Source: Vairimorpha necatrix
Lineage: Eukaryota
Assembly: GCA_036630325.1 (NCBI GenBank)
Contig: CP142733.1
Location: forward strand, 744,001-808,000
Direction: 5' to 3'
Length of the DNA stretch: 64,000 nt
Below, piece after piece: positions 46,022 to 58,653 of the stretch. How positions within the stretch are numbered: the first letter of the stretch is position 1; the number at the start of each line of letters is the position of its first letter. A model generated the notes under the pieces. The model saw only the letters and a program-made list of their open reading frames with translations. It searched no databases and was not told the DNA's origin. The translations under genes and the position numbers were made by a program.

Positions 46022-48527
46022 ATTAAATAAATAAAAACTTATGAGAAATGTGCCAATTATTTGACAGGATGCCACAAATAATTATATGAAAGATTTAAGT
46101 ATAAATTTTATATGTCTTAATATATATCGACATGTTGTCAATTGTAATAATTTTGTATATTTCTATGTTTAATCATATCAACTAGATAATATTTAAAATT
46201 TTTAAGCCATAGGAATTTTTGATGTAAAGTTATAGTTAAAAGCAATTAAGCTAACATTTTTGTGCAAAAAAGCGGATCAAATATAAGAAATATATTTTAA
46301 AAAAACTAATTGCTAAAAGCATGTATTAATTTCCGTTTCATTATAAAAACACATTATTACCTTAAGGGGGGTTGTCATTCTGCTGATGTCGTTCATTTAC
46401 GTTGAACTAGATAAGTTCTTAATAAAAGTGGGTCAGATGTTTATTTTCTTACAACCCTGCTGAACGCTGGTTACAGACGTTCCTTATGTGTTTCTAATCT
46501 TAAGGTAAGTTTTTTTTTGACAAGCAAGGCCTTTATAGTGTGCTGGTAGTATCAAAAGTTATTGACTGATAAAGTATTTATTTTCATGAGGGGTTTTAAA
46601 TACCATTTTCGTTTTTTAGTTCAGTTACATGTTAGTTTTCTTCCAATATATATATGATTTATATTATTTTTAGCTTCTTAACTTAGTATATCATTGCAAA
46701 TTATGACAAAAATTTGTATAATATATATATTTTTCGTTCAAAGGTAACTTGTTTTTGTTCTTAAAGCGTAAAAACGAAATTCTATTATTCAACTTTTAAC
46801 ACATAGATATTTTCTAATTATTTTTGCTCATCTTATCTTTGGTATTCAAACATTTTAATGATTATAGAGGTTAGAAAGAATTCAATGTTGCTGGAACTGA
46901 AGTAATATTTAGCACACCTAAGTCTTATATAGTTATTAGTTTATAAATGAAACTAAAAACCTGCATTTTTTGCTTTTTAGAATTTTTCAGAACTTATCAT
47001 TTTATTGTATTTTCAATAAAAAAAAAGCTATAATCAATTCAAATTATGTAGAAAATATTTTTTATATTTTTTTGTAGTAATACGAAATGCTTTTCTTAAA
47101 CACTTAAAAAATTCATTAACGTTTAACTCCCAAATCTTCTATATATTTTCGAAAGTATAAATTAAGTTTATCATAACTATAAATCTAATTAATAAATTTT
47201 GGTTATACATTATATTAAATTTGATTATACAGCTATTTATTTGTGTATATATTTAAATAATTTTTATTTGTATAAATTTGCCTTAATTAACGAATACCAC
47301 CATAAAACAAATAAGTCTTAATATATCCATTTATCTTTGCCGTAGATATTTTTTTCTCCAGCAAGCTTTCATTTAGACTTTACACGACCAAATTCTCGGA
47401 ATCATCTTCTAAAACGAGTTACACTTAAATATAATTATTCCGAAATCAATAATGTTACCATGTTTATGCTGCTTTATAATTAAACTAATATGCTATTTAG
47501 TATAAAGTGAATTTATGGTTTCTAATATACCCAAATCATTATTGGATCTAAAGATTTATATTAATACGTAAGGTCGTAATTTTTGGTTATATAAAAAACA
47601 AGTCGTTTTCTATTTTTAAGCAATAATTCTTTGGTAGTATAATTAACATTTTCCATGATGTAAAATTTAAAATTATTAATCTACATTATCATTTCCCTCG
47701 TATTTTTTCTCATAAGGAATTCTTCTTAATTTTAAATCATTATTTATGTATATTTTATTGTTAAATATTATATTTCTTTGTAATTTGATTGATTTACGGA
47801 TTATCTAAATTTCTAATTGGTTGGTTAATTGCTTTAATTAACAACAATACAATGTTAAAAAATGATTTTAGTCCAATTAACTCAGTAAATTAGGATAAGA
47901 GTGACAAATAATAATTCAGAAGTGCTTTTATTCTATTTTAGTTTTCTTTCTCGACTTAGCCAGTATTTTGTGACAATTTTATCGTCTGGTTTATAATTTA
48001 AAGAGTAAAATTATCATATGTTAAAATCACTGAAATAATTACATCTAATACTCGACCTTGATTTTTATATTTAAGAAATAAAAAAAATAGCATTTTATAA
48101 ATTAATCGTTTTAAATAAACACAGAGGGAATATATCGCTCCTTTTCTTTTGCGTTTATAGCTGTAAATGATAATAATAAATGGCAAAGAATCATAATGGC
48201 TTTAGTAGCTTCCGTTTATAACAATAATTTACTTGCCTTTAATCCATTCCTGCATTACTTAAATTTTCTATAAAAACATCTTAGTCAACATTTATTTTCA
48301 ATACTAAAAAAGGTTAGAAAAGTTTTTTTTGTTTTTTGTCAAAATATGAAAATATTAATGTGATTTTCAGCCGACTTCTAGTAATTAGTATTATTAGCAG
48401 TCAAGTCCATATTCAGAACTTCAAAAAAAATCTCTATAGTTTTAAATTTACAACAACTATATCGGTAATTATCTTATTGTTTTATTTGAAATGTACATCT
48501 AATTATGATCTTAAAATAAGGTAACCA

Positions 48528-48830
48528 TGTTAGCAAAACATAAGACGTGATTATGATATAAAATTGATTGATCTGCCAAATCTGTGATGTACATGACTAC
48601 ATCACATAGACAACTGTCAAAACGATCAGCTGTCAAACATCTTAAACGGCATGTAATGATGAGTCACACAAACAAACAAACAAACGAAAGTTGGATGGTC
48701 GTTACTACATTCGTAAGTACGCCAATGTTTGTGTTTAGCGTTGACAACAATTAATAAATTAAAAATAAACTATAAAAGAAAGTCTGTCTGTGAAGGGTAT
48801 GGTATATATGGAGTATAAGAGAAATAGAGA
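48528..48830. repeat. Possible solo LTR of another family
   Basis: Starts TGTTAG, flanked by AACCA on both sides (48523-48527, 48831-48835), less AT-rich than its flanks. The right end is GA rather than CA and there is no second copy in the window. Confidence 0.35.
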
Positions 48831-49177
48831 AACCATCAATAAATTATATAATATTAAAAATTATTTAGAAAGCTATTATAAATATAGCAAAGTCCCGTCT
48901 ATACAGGACAAAATCCAAGAAATAATAATAAAGTATAAATGATTTTATATTCGTTTTTTCTCAATTCATTTTCTCATAGTATGTTCCTAATTTTAGACAT
49001 CTATTTATATTTACCCCTGTCAAAAGTCTCAACTCAACGGATACATTGACATCTGACGTACATTCTACATTACAACAATTATTACGAAATTAAAGTATAA
49101 AGTACACATAAGAATTATTATTTCAATCCAAAATTTTAATTTAATTCTATTTAAATTTTGATTTTTTTGTATCCTCA

Positions 49178-51425
49178 ATGAATATGTTCAAGCTCTTTAT
49201 AGAAATGTGTTTTGTCAAACCAAATGTAAGTATTTGTAATAGAATTAATGATATTCTATTAAATAAAATAGAGAATAGAGAGTATACCGTATTTGATTTA
49301 TTTACGGAATATACTAGAGTGATCATAAATACCAATGGATATGATGAATCTATATGCTGCACAATTAAAGATCTAGAGTATGTTCAAAATTATCCTCTTG
49401 GTCGTATACAGATTAATATTGATTATAAAAACAAATCGATTAATCAGATTATCGAGGAAATCGAAAATTTTATAAAAGTCTTTGCTTCTTCAAAAATCAA
49501 ATCTATTATATTGTGCATCAGCAAATACCAACGGAAAAACTGCCATATTATGAAACAAATTGTTAAAAGTATTAATGAAAAAAATCAAGAAAGAAGACTA
49601 AAATTAAAAGTAAATGACATTTTGTATCAGAATATTTGCAAAGAAGACTGTCCATTGGATATTATGCTTAATGAAATAACTGAATTTAATTCTAAGAACA
49701 CTTATAAACTGCGTATACCCGAATCACCAATATCTTACATTTGGAACGAAGAACGCAATACTTATTCTTTTAGAGTTTGTATTGAAAAAAAATAATATTT
49801 GTTATTTATTCGAAATTGATATTGACGATTTAGATATCGATGATCTTAATACTTTAGTTGAGATAAAAATGAAAAATATATGTGACAATGACGAAGAAAT
49901 ATTTTTAAAATTGTATGAATTATATAAATTTAACGATGTTACGTATCTTAATACACACAGCGTGAAGGACAGACTAGAAATTACACCTAACAAAATCGAA
50001 AAGAAAAGAGGTGATAATTTTAAAATAGAAATACTAAAGGAATCCATAAGCTTTATAGTAAATTCTAGACAATATTTATATCATTTAAAAGATTATAGAA
50101 ATCGGCATGAAACTAAAAATTTTATCGAAAAGTCATTTTTTATAGAATTCAAGAAAAAATTAGAAAAAATCAACTTGATAAAAAATACTGGAGACTATAA
50201 TTGTGTTGAATTTTTTTATAATCTATTATCGAATTACGATAAAGTAGATTTTCTTATAGTTAGAATAGTATATAATCAAGGATCAGCATTGAATTATATA
50301 TTTAGTTATATTCTTTTATCTATGAGGATTATAGAAAAAAATGAATTTTATTGCATCACAGGAGAAAAAGAAGGTGTTTTAAGCGTTGTAAAAAACATTA
50401 TAACAAGGATTATCACAATGTTAAGTTATAGGTTATCAGACGTTAGTTTGATAGAAACTTATTTAATTAAAATTTGTTTGATTTTGGAAGCAGAGAAATA
50501 TATAAATGAACATGACGTGAACAATGAATACGTTTTTAAGTCTTTGAAAGATGTTTGGACATTAATTGAATCCAAGTATGACGAAAAGATTTGGTTTTTC
50601 TTTAAAAAAACAGAATGCTTTAATATAGCGAAAGTTATTAAAGAAGTAGAAAATTTTCATATTTCTAATATAATTAGATATAAAAAAGAAATTTTAAAAA
50701 ATGTCTGCAAAATAGTATCATTGTTTACAGGATTAAGTAGTTCTAGGTTTCTATACGAGAATACCAAAGAGGCATTTAGGAGAGAAGAAATTATCAAAAA
50801 TCTTAGACTTAATGAAAATGAGATAGAAAAAAAGACTAAAGTTATAAAAAAAAACTTATCAAAAAAAACTGAAGAAGATAAAATATATGAGAGAAAAAGA
50901 AAATTAAAAGAAGAAGAATTAAAAAAAATAAAAGAAATAATGAAAAGGTCTTCATTAGCTGAAAAATTAGATGAAATATTATTTACTGCTTTAATTGGTC
51001 ATGTTGGAAATATATTTGACGAAGAAATTGGCACAGATTTTGAAAATAAACTAATTAAAAGGAGTAAAATAGTCATTGAAAATACAATCAAAGCACTCTT
51101 AAAAAAAGAAAAATTGCAAGAAGATACTATAAATGACTATAAAAACGAATGTGAAGAAGCTTTTTTAGAAACATTAAGACAACATATAGAATATAGACTA
51201 ACTAAAAAGGCCTCGGATTATATACACAATAATTTGATTGATTTGTTTAAATGTGAATTTCAAGAAGATATTGATGAGAAAATAAATAGTGAAAAAACAC
51301 TAAAAAATAATTTATTAGTGCTAGATGAAAAAAAAATTTTGGAATTGATAAATGTACAATACGGAGAAGACTTACATAAAATTTTTATTAGAGCCATCAA
51401 AAATAACGAAAAAAAAAACAAATAA
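49178..51425 (+). CDS. Hypothetical ~748-aa protein split by a 1-nt frameshift in an A8 run; coiled-coil-like C-terminus
   Basis: ORFs 49178..49795 and 49782..51425 overlap at ATTGAAAAAAAATAA (A8 at 49785-49792). Removing one A fuses them. The second ORF has no ATG or CCC context at its start. Confidence 0.65.
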
Positions 51426-52965
51426 ATTTTTTTAAAGTCGACTTATATTTTTATAATATTGATATTTTGAGTTTATGATACATTAAGTTTTGAATTTTAT
51501 ATATTTATATAATTTTTCATTATATTTATATATGAAGTAAAACGTTTGTTTATAAAGAGACTAACCCATTTTTTTATATACAGAATAACATTTATTTGTT
51601 TTTTTAAAAATTTTATTCTTATCGACATATATTGAAAGAAATATGTAATCTTTTGATTCTATTAATTCATATAAGTATATATAACGAAGCTTATAAGTCA
51701 GTTTAGACATACAATTTTAATTATGATCAAGAGTCTTTCGGATATACATAAACTGAAATATAAATCTAATTCCCCGAAATCTTATAATTATATCACTGTT
51801 TGTACAAATAAAAGAACTTTCATTATTAAAACGTGATATTCCTCAAAATATATTTTATAATCAAGTTAATATCAAATTGATTAACACTTTTATTATATAA
51901 TTAAATAAAGGTCTATAATTTCTGGATATTTTAACAAAAAAGATATAATTTTTTTAACACAAATTATTACTGTAATAATTATTGTTAATTTCTCATTAAG
52001 AGGATTTTGTGCAAATTTATATTATTTTATATAAAATTTGGGGTGTATCTTTTGTATTTACGAAATATAATCTAACAATTGACCGGTCTAAAATCAATGT
52101 TTTAAAATTTGTATAACAAAAAGATACGCATTTTATAATAAAAACTTTAGTCATTGGATCCTATAAAACATCGTAAAAATAGTTAGATTTATGGTTAACA
52201 TTTAAAATGCGGAAACAAATTACATATAAATGACAAAAAATAATTGATTCTTTTGTTTTTCAAGTTTTTATAATCTATATTTTTAATAGACAAGATTAGT
52301 TTAATTACAATAACAATCTTTCCGATTGAGCTAAAGACATAATGGTTTCATTTTTAATAAATTATATAATGAAAGCATATAATTTGATCTTTTAACACAA
52401 CATAACGATAATTGAAAACTACAACAAATTTCAAAATTTTAAGATATTTTGTAAAACATTAAATTATATACAATATCATAAACAGCAATATATAGTCTTA
52501 TTATGTACCCCATAAATATAATTACATTAATTTTTCTTCAAGAGGTAACCTTTTTAACATTATATTTAAAGGTTCATTGTGCACCTTGAGAATATCATAT
52601 CAACAGTCTCTCTGTTATATTTCTACATAAATTTATACTTTAAAATGTCTTTACTCAGATTAAACCATAAATTTCATCATATATTCGTAAAAACAAAAAA
52701 TTTTTATTTTAGATATTTGCCATTATTGATTTCTTTTTACTAGATTCTATTTTCGTGTAGTATGTAGATAATTCTAGATCCAAGACTTTGTGTTTTTGCT
52801 ATGCCAATAAATTTACAAAATATGACACAAAATTTTTACTTCACAAAAAAAATGCGTCTTTAAACCTAAAACTAGAAAAAAAGACAATTTTAATTGTTTT
52901 TAATTAAAAGAAATGTAAATAAACCAATTTACAGACTTTTTTTTGATATACAATTTAATTTATAA

Positions 52966-53781
52966 TTATTCAAGTTTTGTATTATTAAAACTGTTAATCA
53001 ACTGTTCAATACTTGACACATTTCTCAAATTTATAATATTGTTTTTCACTATAAAATTAAGCGTACTATTTTGATTCACAATTTTTTTGTCTTTAACATT
53101 CATTAAGCTTAAGGCTTGTTCATTTTTGTATTCTATAACAGAATCAATCGTACTCATACAATTTTCATATGTTATTCGATCAAATAAATTTTTTAACTCT
53201 TGTGGACATCTCTCTCTAAATTTCATATCAATACCATTATATATTAAAGACCAGATATAAATATTATTGGCATCATTCACGTCACTAAATTTTAGCAAGC
53301 TGATATTATAAATAAGTTTATAACTGTGCCAAGCCAATGACATAATAAATCTTTTTATTGGTAGCTTATGTTTTCTTATTTTATTTTTTGTGATAAAAGA
53401 ATTTATATAATGTAGATAGTGTTTTGGTTTTTCGAAATCAATTTTTAATGGACTATGCTCATCGAAAAATTGTAAAATTTTAAAAATATTCTTGTTATTT
53501 AGAAAAATTTTGTACATGAGTTTAGCTGCTGAATTAATTAATTTTTTCTCTATCGGATATAGATTGTTGATAGCATATTGTTTGTTATATGACACAGTGT
53601 TATCATCACAAAATAAGTCTTGCTTTGAAGGACGATATTCTTCCTCGACTTCACGTATATTTTCAATTTCTGATAAACTATTTATTTTAAAGTCAAGAAA
53701 ATGAATATAAGATTCATTATATTGGTAGTTTTGTATTGAATTTTTTATAACATTATAAAAAGTAGCAAACATAATCATCAT
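52966..53781 (-). CDS. Family-B protein, paralog of 15573..16364
   Basis: CCCCTA-ATG, KIRKHKLPIKRFIMSLAWHSY, ANNIYIWSLIYNGID, CP, YENCMSTI. Confidence 0.8.
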   Translation of the reverse strand: MMIMFATFYNVIKNSIQNYQYNESYIHFLDFKINSLSEIENIREVEEEYRPSKQDLFCDDNTVSYNKQYAINNLYPIEKKLINSAAKLMYKIFLNNKNIFKILQFFDEHSPLKIDFEKPKHYLHYINSFITKNKIRKHKLPIKRFIMSLAWHSYKLIYNISLLKFSDVNDANNIYIWSLIYNGIDMKFRERCPQELKNLFDRITYENCMSTIDSVIEYKNEQALSLMNVKDKKIVNQNSTLNFIVKNNIINLRNVSSIEQLINSFNNTKLE

Positions 53782-56598
53782 TAGGGGTTAAACCTCAGTT
53801 TTTCTATTATTTTAAACAAATAGTTAATAAAAAAAACATTTAGGTGGCGGAATGTCAGGTTTTAATCTTTTAATTATTCGTTTTTACAACAGAAAACGTA
53901 AAGTAAAAATCTGAAAAAAAATTAATTTATAAATAGTTTAATGATAAGTAGAAATTACATTAAAAAAAATTATATTAGTATAAACAGATCTACAATCGAA
54001 AGTATTCTGAATACAATAATGACAATGTATGTTTTTAATTTGCTTTAAAAATTAATTTAACAGAGATCATAAACTCCAATCAATTTGTATTATTTATTAA
54101 AAATTTTCATACTACATAATCTGCAAAAAAAATAGTTTAACTGTTTTAGATTGTGGGCTTTGTTGTAAATCCTGACATTTTTGCTAGAATGGTAAATTAA
54201 ATATAAATTTCAACTAAAATGATATTTTTTATTTGTTTCATTCACTATTTAATAAAAAATCGTCTTTAGTAAATAAATAAGCAAAAATGCGCCCAATAAG
54301 TTTAAAAGAGATATTTCTGGCAATATACAGAAAAAAATATTTCGAATTATGTAAAAATATATTTGACCTTTTTAGACCCTGAAAAACTTATGATGATGGC
54401 TCAAAAAGTAAAATTTTGCATAAATAGAATAAAATCTCAATATGGTTGAATACTATGTATACGCCATAGTAAATATATAATAACTAATCTAAATAATTTC
54501 TTACTTAGAAAGTATTTTATATTCAAAAGCAACGTAAAACGCTGTCATTCTTTTTAGTTTGTATCATCATCTCAGCTGTATTTTGATATCGGAATTCTAT
54601 TAGTGTCATTAGAAATATAATGAATTTACGAATAAGCTACTTAGTCTTGTAAATAAAACACATCGTTTATACCAAATAAGAGTTAATATAAATTATAAAC
54701 AAAAAACTTATAATATTGTATTGTTCACATTAACACAAACTGCACAATAGGGAAAAAATTAGCTTAAATAATAAATTTTATGTCTAAATGTCGCGTATGT
54801 ATTTTAGGATAGCAGTCGAACTGTTTTTTCTTATATTTTTTATCTTATTACGTTCCAATCCATCAATAACAAATTATCAAAAAATTAGAAGAGAAACTAA
54901 ATGAAGATTTAAAGAGTATGTACACGCAATACTAGATCCAAAATAAGACTTTAAAACATACCACAAAAAGACAATGAATTATAAGTGTTTTTAAGAATTT
55001 ATTTATGAAGCTTTAATGGAACTTTTGAGCTTCGTGAAGTGCAAAATTTCGTCTTATAAGAGTATAAACTCATAAAATTATATTATACTTTCATGATCAC
55101 ATCATTATAATATTTTTAAATAAATAAAGAAAATGTAATTTATTAATCGTATGTCAATAAGCTTTTAACTTGCGATTATCCATTATCCCATGAGTTATAA
55201 GGAATCATAGATATCGTTTATTAATTGTCGTTAACGGATTTATAAAAACATTAATTACCTTATTTATGTTTTGTTAAATTATATAAGCTGCTAGTCTAAG
55301 ATTGCTTAAAGGCAGCAAAAGTAAATTTTTTTTTAGTAATATAGAAAATCTATCTTAAAAATAAGTCCATGCCCCAATCTAATCATAAAATTTACAATTA
55401 AAATAAAATCTGATATTACTAAGGTTTAGTTGCGATATAATGATGTAATATGGAATGTCTATTGGATCGACATTGCATAGTATTCTAAGGTATCTTTACA
55501 TAAAAATGAGCTAAAGAAAATCGTAAGACATACAAATTTTTAAACAACAGAAAAACATTAAGAAAAAAAAAATATTTTAGTAATCAACAAAAGACAATTA
55601 AAGTCCAATGAATATGGCAATTTTGTTATATGTTCAATAAGCAAATAAATAATATTACTAAACAAATATATACACAATTTCATTTAACGGCAACATTATG
55701 AGATATAATATTAGTAATAATCGTAATATTTAATGTGTATAATTTTTTTTAGTATCTAAAATATGAGCCATAGCCATATTCAATCAAATATATTTAAATG
55801 AAATATTCTATTAATCGTATTGAATAGTTATTTTTTATAGATAAGCAAAATTTTTCATCTTTTAATTTTATAAAATCACGTTAGAATTAAATTATTAAGG
55901 TGAAAAATATACCGTAATGGTAATTGTTTGTATTTTTTAAAATGAATTTATAATTTCTATAAAATAATATTATAATAATGTTTAAATTTATTTTACAAAT
56001 TATAAGACAAGATATTAATATTATATCATAAATTTGAGATGATTTTTCAAATTTAATTTGTTTAAAATCTATGATTTTGACATTTTCTAATTAACTTTTG
56101 AACTTGTTATATAGTTTATTTTCTACAATATATTTTTTAACGCATTACTCTTTATTGCGTATTACATCACACGTCAAAAATATCAGTAATTCTGCTTTCA
56201 AAAATTAATCTATTTTACAATTTCTTATATAATTAATTAATATTTTTAGAATTTTCTAGTGTTCATTCTCCAATGTTATTTCCTAAAGCATATGACTATT
56301 TTTTTACCAATATATTGACGAATAAATTATAGAATTATAAATCCAATTTTGTGTGTAATTTTAACAAATTTTTTCTTTCATATATAAAATTTTTATAAAA
56401 ATACATTATGTTTTAGTTATAAAACATCAAATTCTTCTCTACTAATAAAACAAGTATTTCTTTTTGTTTAAATCAATATCATCTCATACATTAAAATGTT
56501 CAAATGAATAATTACTTAAACTTTAAGATATAATGTTTAATATGCAACAACATTTTTTCTTTTTTTTTTTCTATATAAACAAAAAACTTTTATACCCC

Positions 56599-57563
56599 AT
56601 GTTATTTTTTATTTTCCATCTTGTTGCAATAACTTGTACCGATCATATATTTGTAGTTCCATACCACGGATATGCAAATGTTTACATATCATTAAATCAC
56701 GAGGACTTGCCCGGGACTTATATAATCAGTGAACTGAATGATAAAGATTGTCTTGAACAGTATGTAAAAACTATAATCAAAGATCGAAATCAGAATGTAG
56801 GACTGAACAATATTATTTCAAGCCAATAACTTTAGAAGAAAAGGCAAACTTAGAACAATACCTATGTTGTGCTAAACTCTTAAATTGGAGAGATGCCGAC
56901 AAGGTTAAATTGTTTTTAAACAGCGATTATGTCGCAATTGCGAAAATTAAACTTCACGTAAATAAAAATTATTTTTTAGACGTGATGAAATCAAAGAGTT
57001 TAGTGACCGTAGACACTTTTATGACAAGTAAAATACTAAATTTTACTGATTTTTTTGAATTCTATTCACTAAAATGTCATAATCTATATGATTGCAAAAG
57101 AGATCTCGCATCATCAGAAATTCCTTTGTTATACCTAAAAAATGTATTGTTTAGATCGTCGTTCAAAGCTGGCAACAAAAATCGAACCAAATCAGAAACT
57201 ACCGAACAGATTAAAATAAAAAAAGATAATAATATAGTCGAAAAAAAAGCTTTCAATTGCCATGAAAACATGAAATCAAAAGATTATATAAGTATAGAAA
57301 TCGAAATAGCTAATCTTAGAAATGATTACGAATTCGAAAAATCTTTTAATAAAACTGAAAACCAAAAATCTGAAGCTTTCAATTTTCAAAAAAACCAGGA
57401 AAATGCTATGATAGATACTAAAACTGCAGAACTGCCGAAAAAATTATATTGCACAATGCGCAATATTCCTAAAGAAACAATTTCTATTAATCAGAAGGAT
57501 GTTCTCGAAGAGATCAAGAAAAAGCCTTATAAACTAGGCATAAGTGAAAGCTCCAACTCCTAA
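56599..57563 (+). pseudogene. Family-A gene with a 1-bp deletion near 56772
   Basis: CCCC-ATG at 56599. ...YVKT lacks one base relative to paralogs (ACT TAT AAT); the restored frame reads YNQRSKSE..YYFKPITLEEK..KVKLFLNSDYVAIAKI into ORF 56910..57563. Confidence 0.75.
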
Positions 57564-57872
57564 TATCGAAACATTTAACATTTCTAATTAACACTTACAT
57601 TAAGTAAATTGTCTTTATTACGATTATACTCTAAAATGATTTTTGAGACTAATTTGATTAATTAATCAAGATAATATCGAAAATAGAGAATGCTATTGGT
57701 TCTGTTGCGTCTAGAATTTAGTTATATAATACCAAGCTTATTTATGTTGTGTGCATTAAAAAATATTAGCTAGTTTAAATGTTTGTTAAATGTTTAAATT
57801 ATTATATTCTATCTTCAATTGATATTAAACCTTTTTATTTATCGATTATCATCTGTTTAATTTCTAGAACAC

Positions 57873-58653
57873 TGTTGTAGACTGTATTTCTACAACATTT
57901 ATATTATTTCACTCCCTGTCAAATCTATCATTGACTTTTCTAGAATTTTATTTACTATAAACTAGCGTATGCTTTCCCGTTTTAAAAACGGGATTTATTT
58001 GTTTCCCAATCCATTTATATTCTGTTTTGTCATTTTTGATTGGATAAAGAAAATCGGAAATTGGTATTTTTAAAAACAAAATATTTATGGGGAGAGGAAG
58101 TTGAACAGTAAATTTGATTCCAAATGTTCCACGGAACTCATTGATATAATTGTTAAGTGCTTTGGGCTTCATTTTTTTACACTTATTTTGTAGTTTTTCG
58201 AAGCTTAAATGTTTTTTAAATTTTCCGTGGAGGGGTCAAATAAATTCTAAAAATCGATTCTGACGATATTTTGGAACCAAGTTTTAGTAAAATGATAATT
58301 AAAATGAAAATGTATTAATATATAATATACACATGTACAATAGTCGGAATCCTTCATTGAGTTTATATTTGATATTACAATAACACAATAAGTATGAAAT
58401 AAGAAGTTTAGAATTTTTAAAACCACAAAAAAGAGGGGTAAAAAATGAAATAAAATTCTTTTATATATATGATAAAATTCTAGAAAGGAAGGGTACAGAA
58501 GGAAGATGGAGAGACAAACACAAGGAGTGTTTAGACATAGTAACAAGACAGCTATGAGAGAGTCCAAAGAGACGTTTAAAAATAAAGGCCAATATATTAA
58601 TTCTATTTTAGAGTGGTACTTTATCACCGGGAGAGCTTCCCCGGGATACCACA
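57873..58653 (+). repeat. Solo LTR (270 bp after removing the nested Helitron)
   Basis: TGTTGTAG...TACCACA ends, perfect TSD AACAC (57868-57872, 58654-58658), multiple internal hairpins. Confidence 0.75.
57962..58472 (-). mobile_element. Non-autonomous Helitron (511 bp) related to 36239..41369
   Basis: First ~39 bp nearly identical to the autonomous 5' end (TCATATATATAAAAGAATTTTATTT.ATTTTTTACCCCT), 3' hairpin TCCCGTTTT-T-AAAACGGGA then AAGCATACGCTAG, A|T target. Confidence 0.9.
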
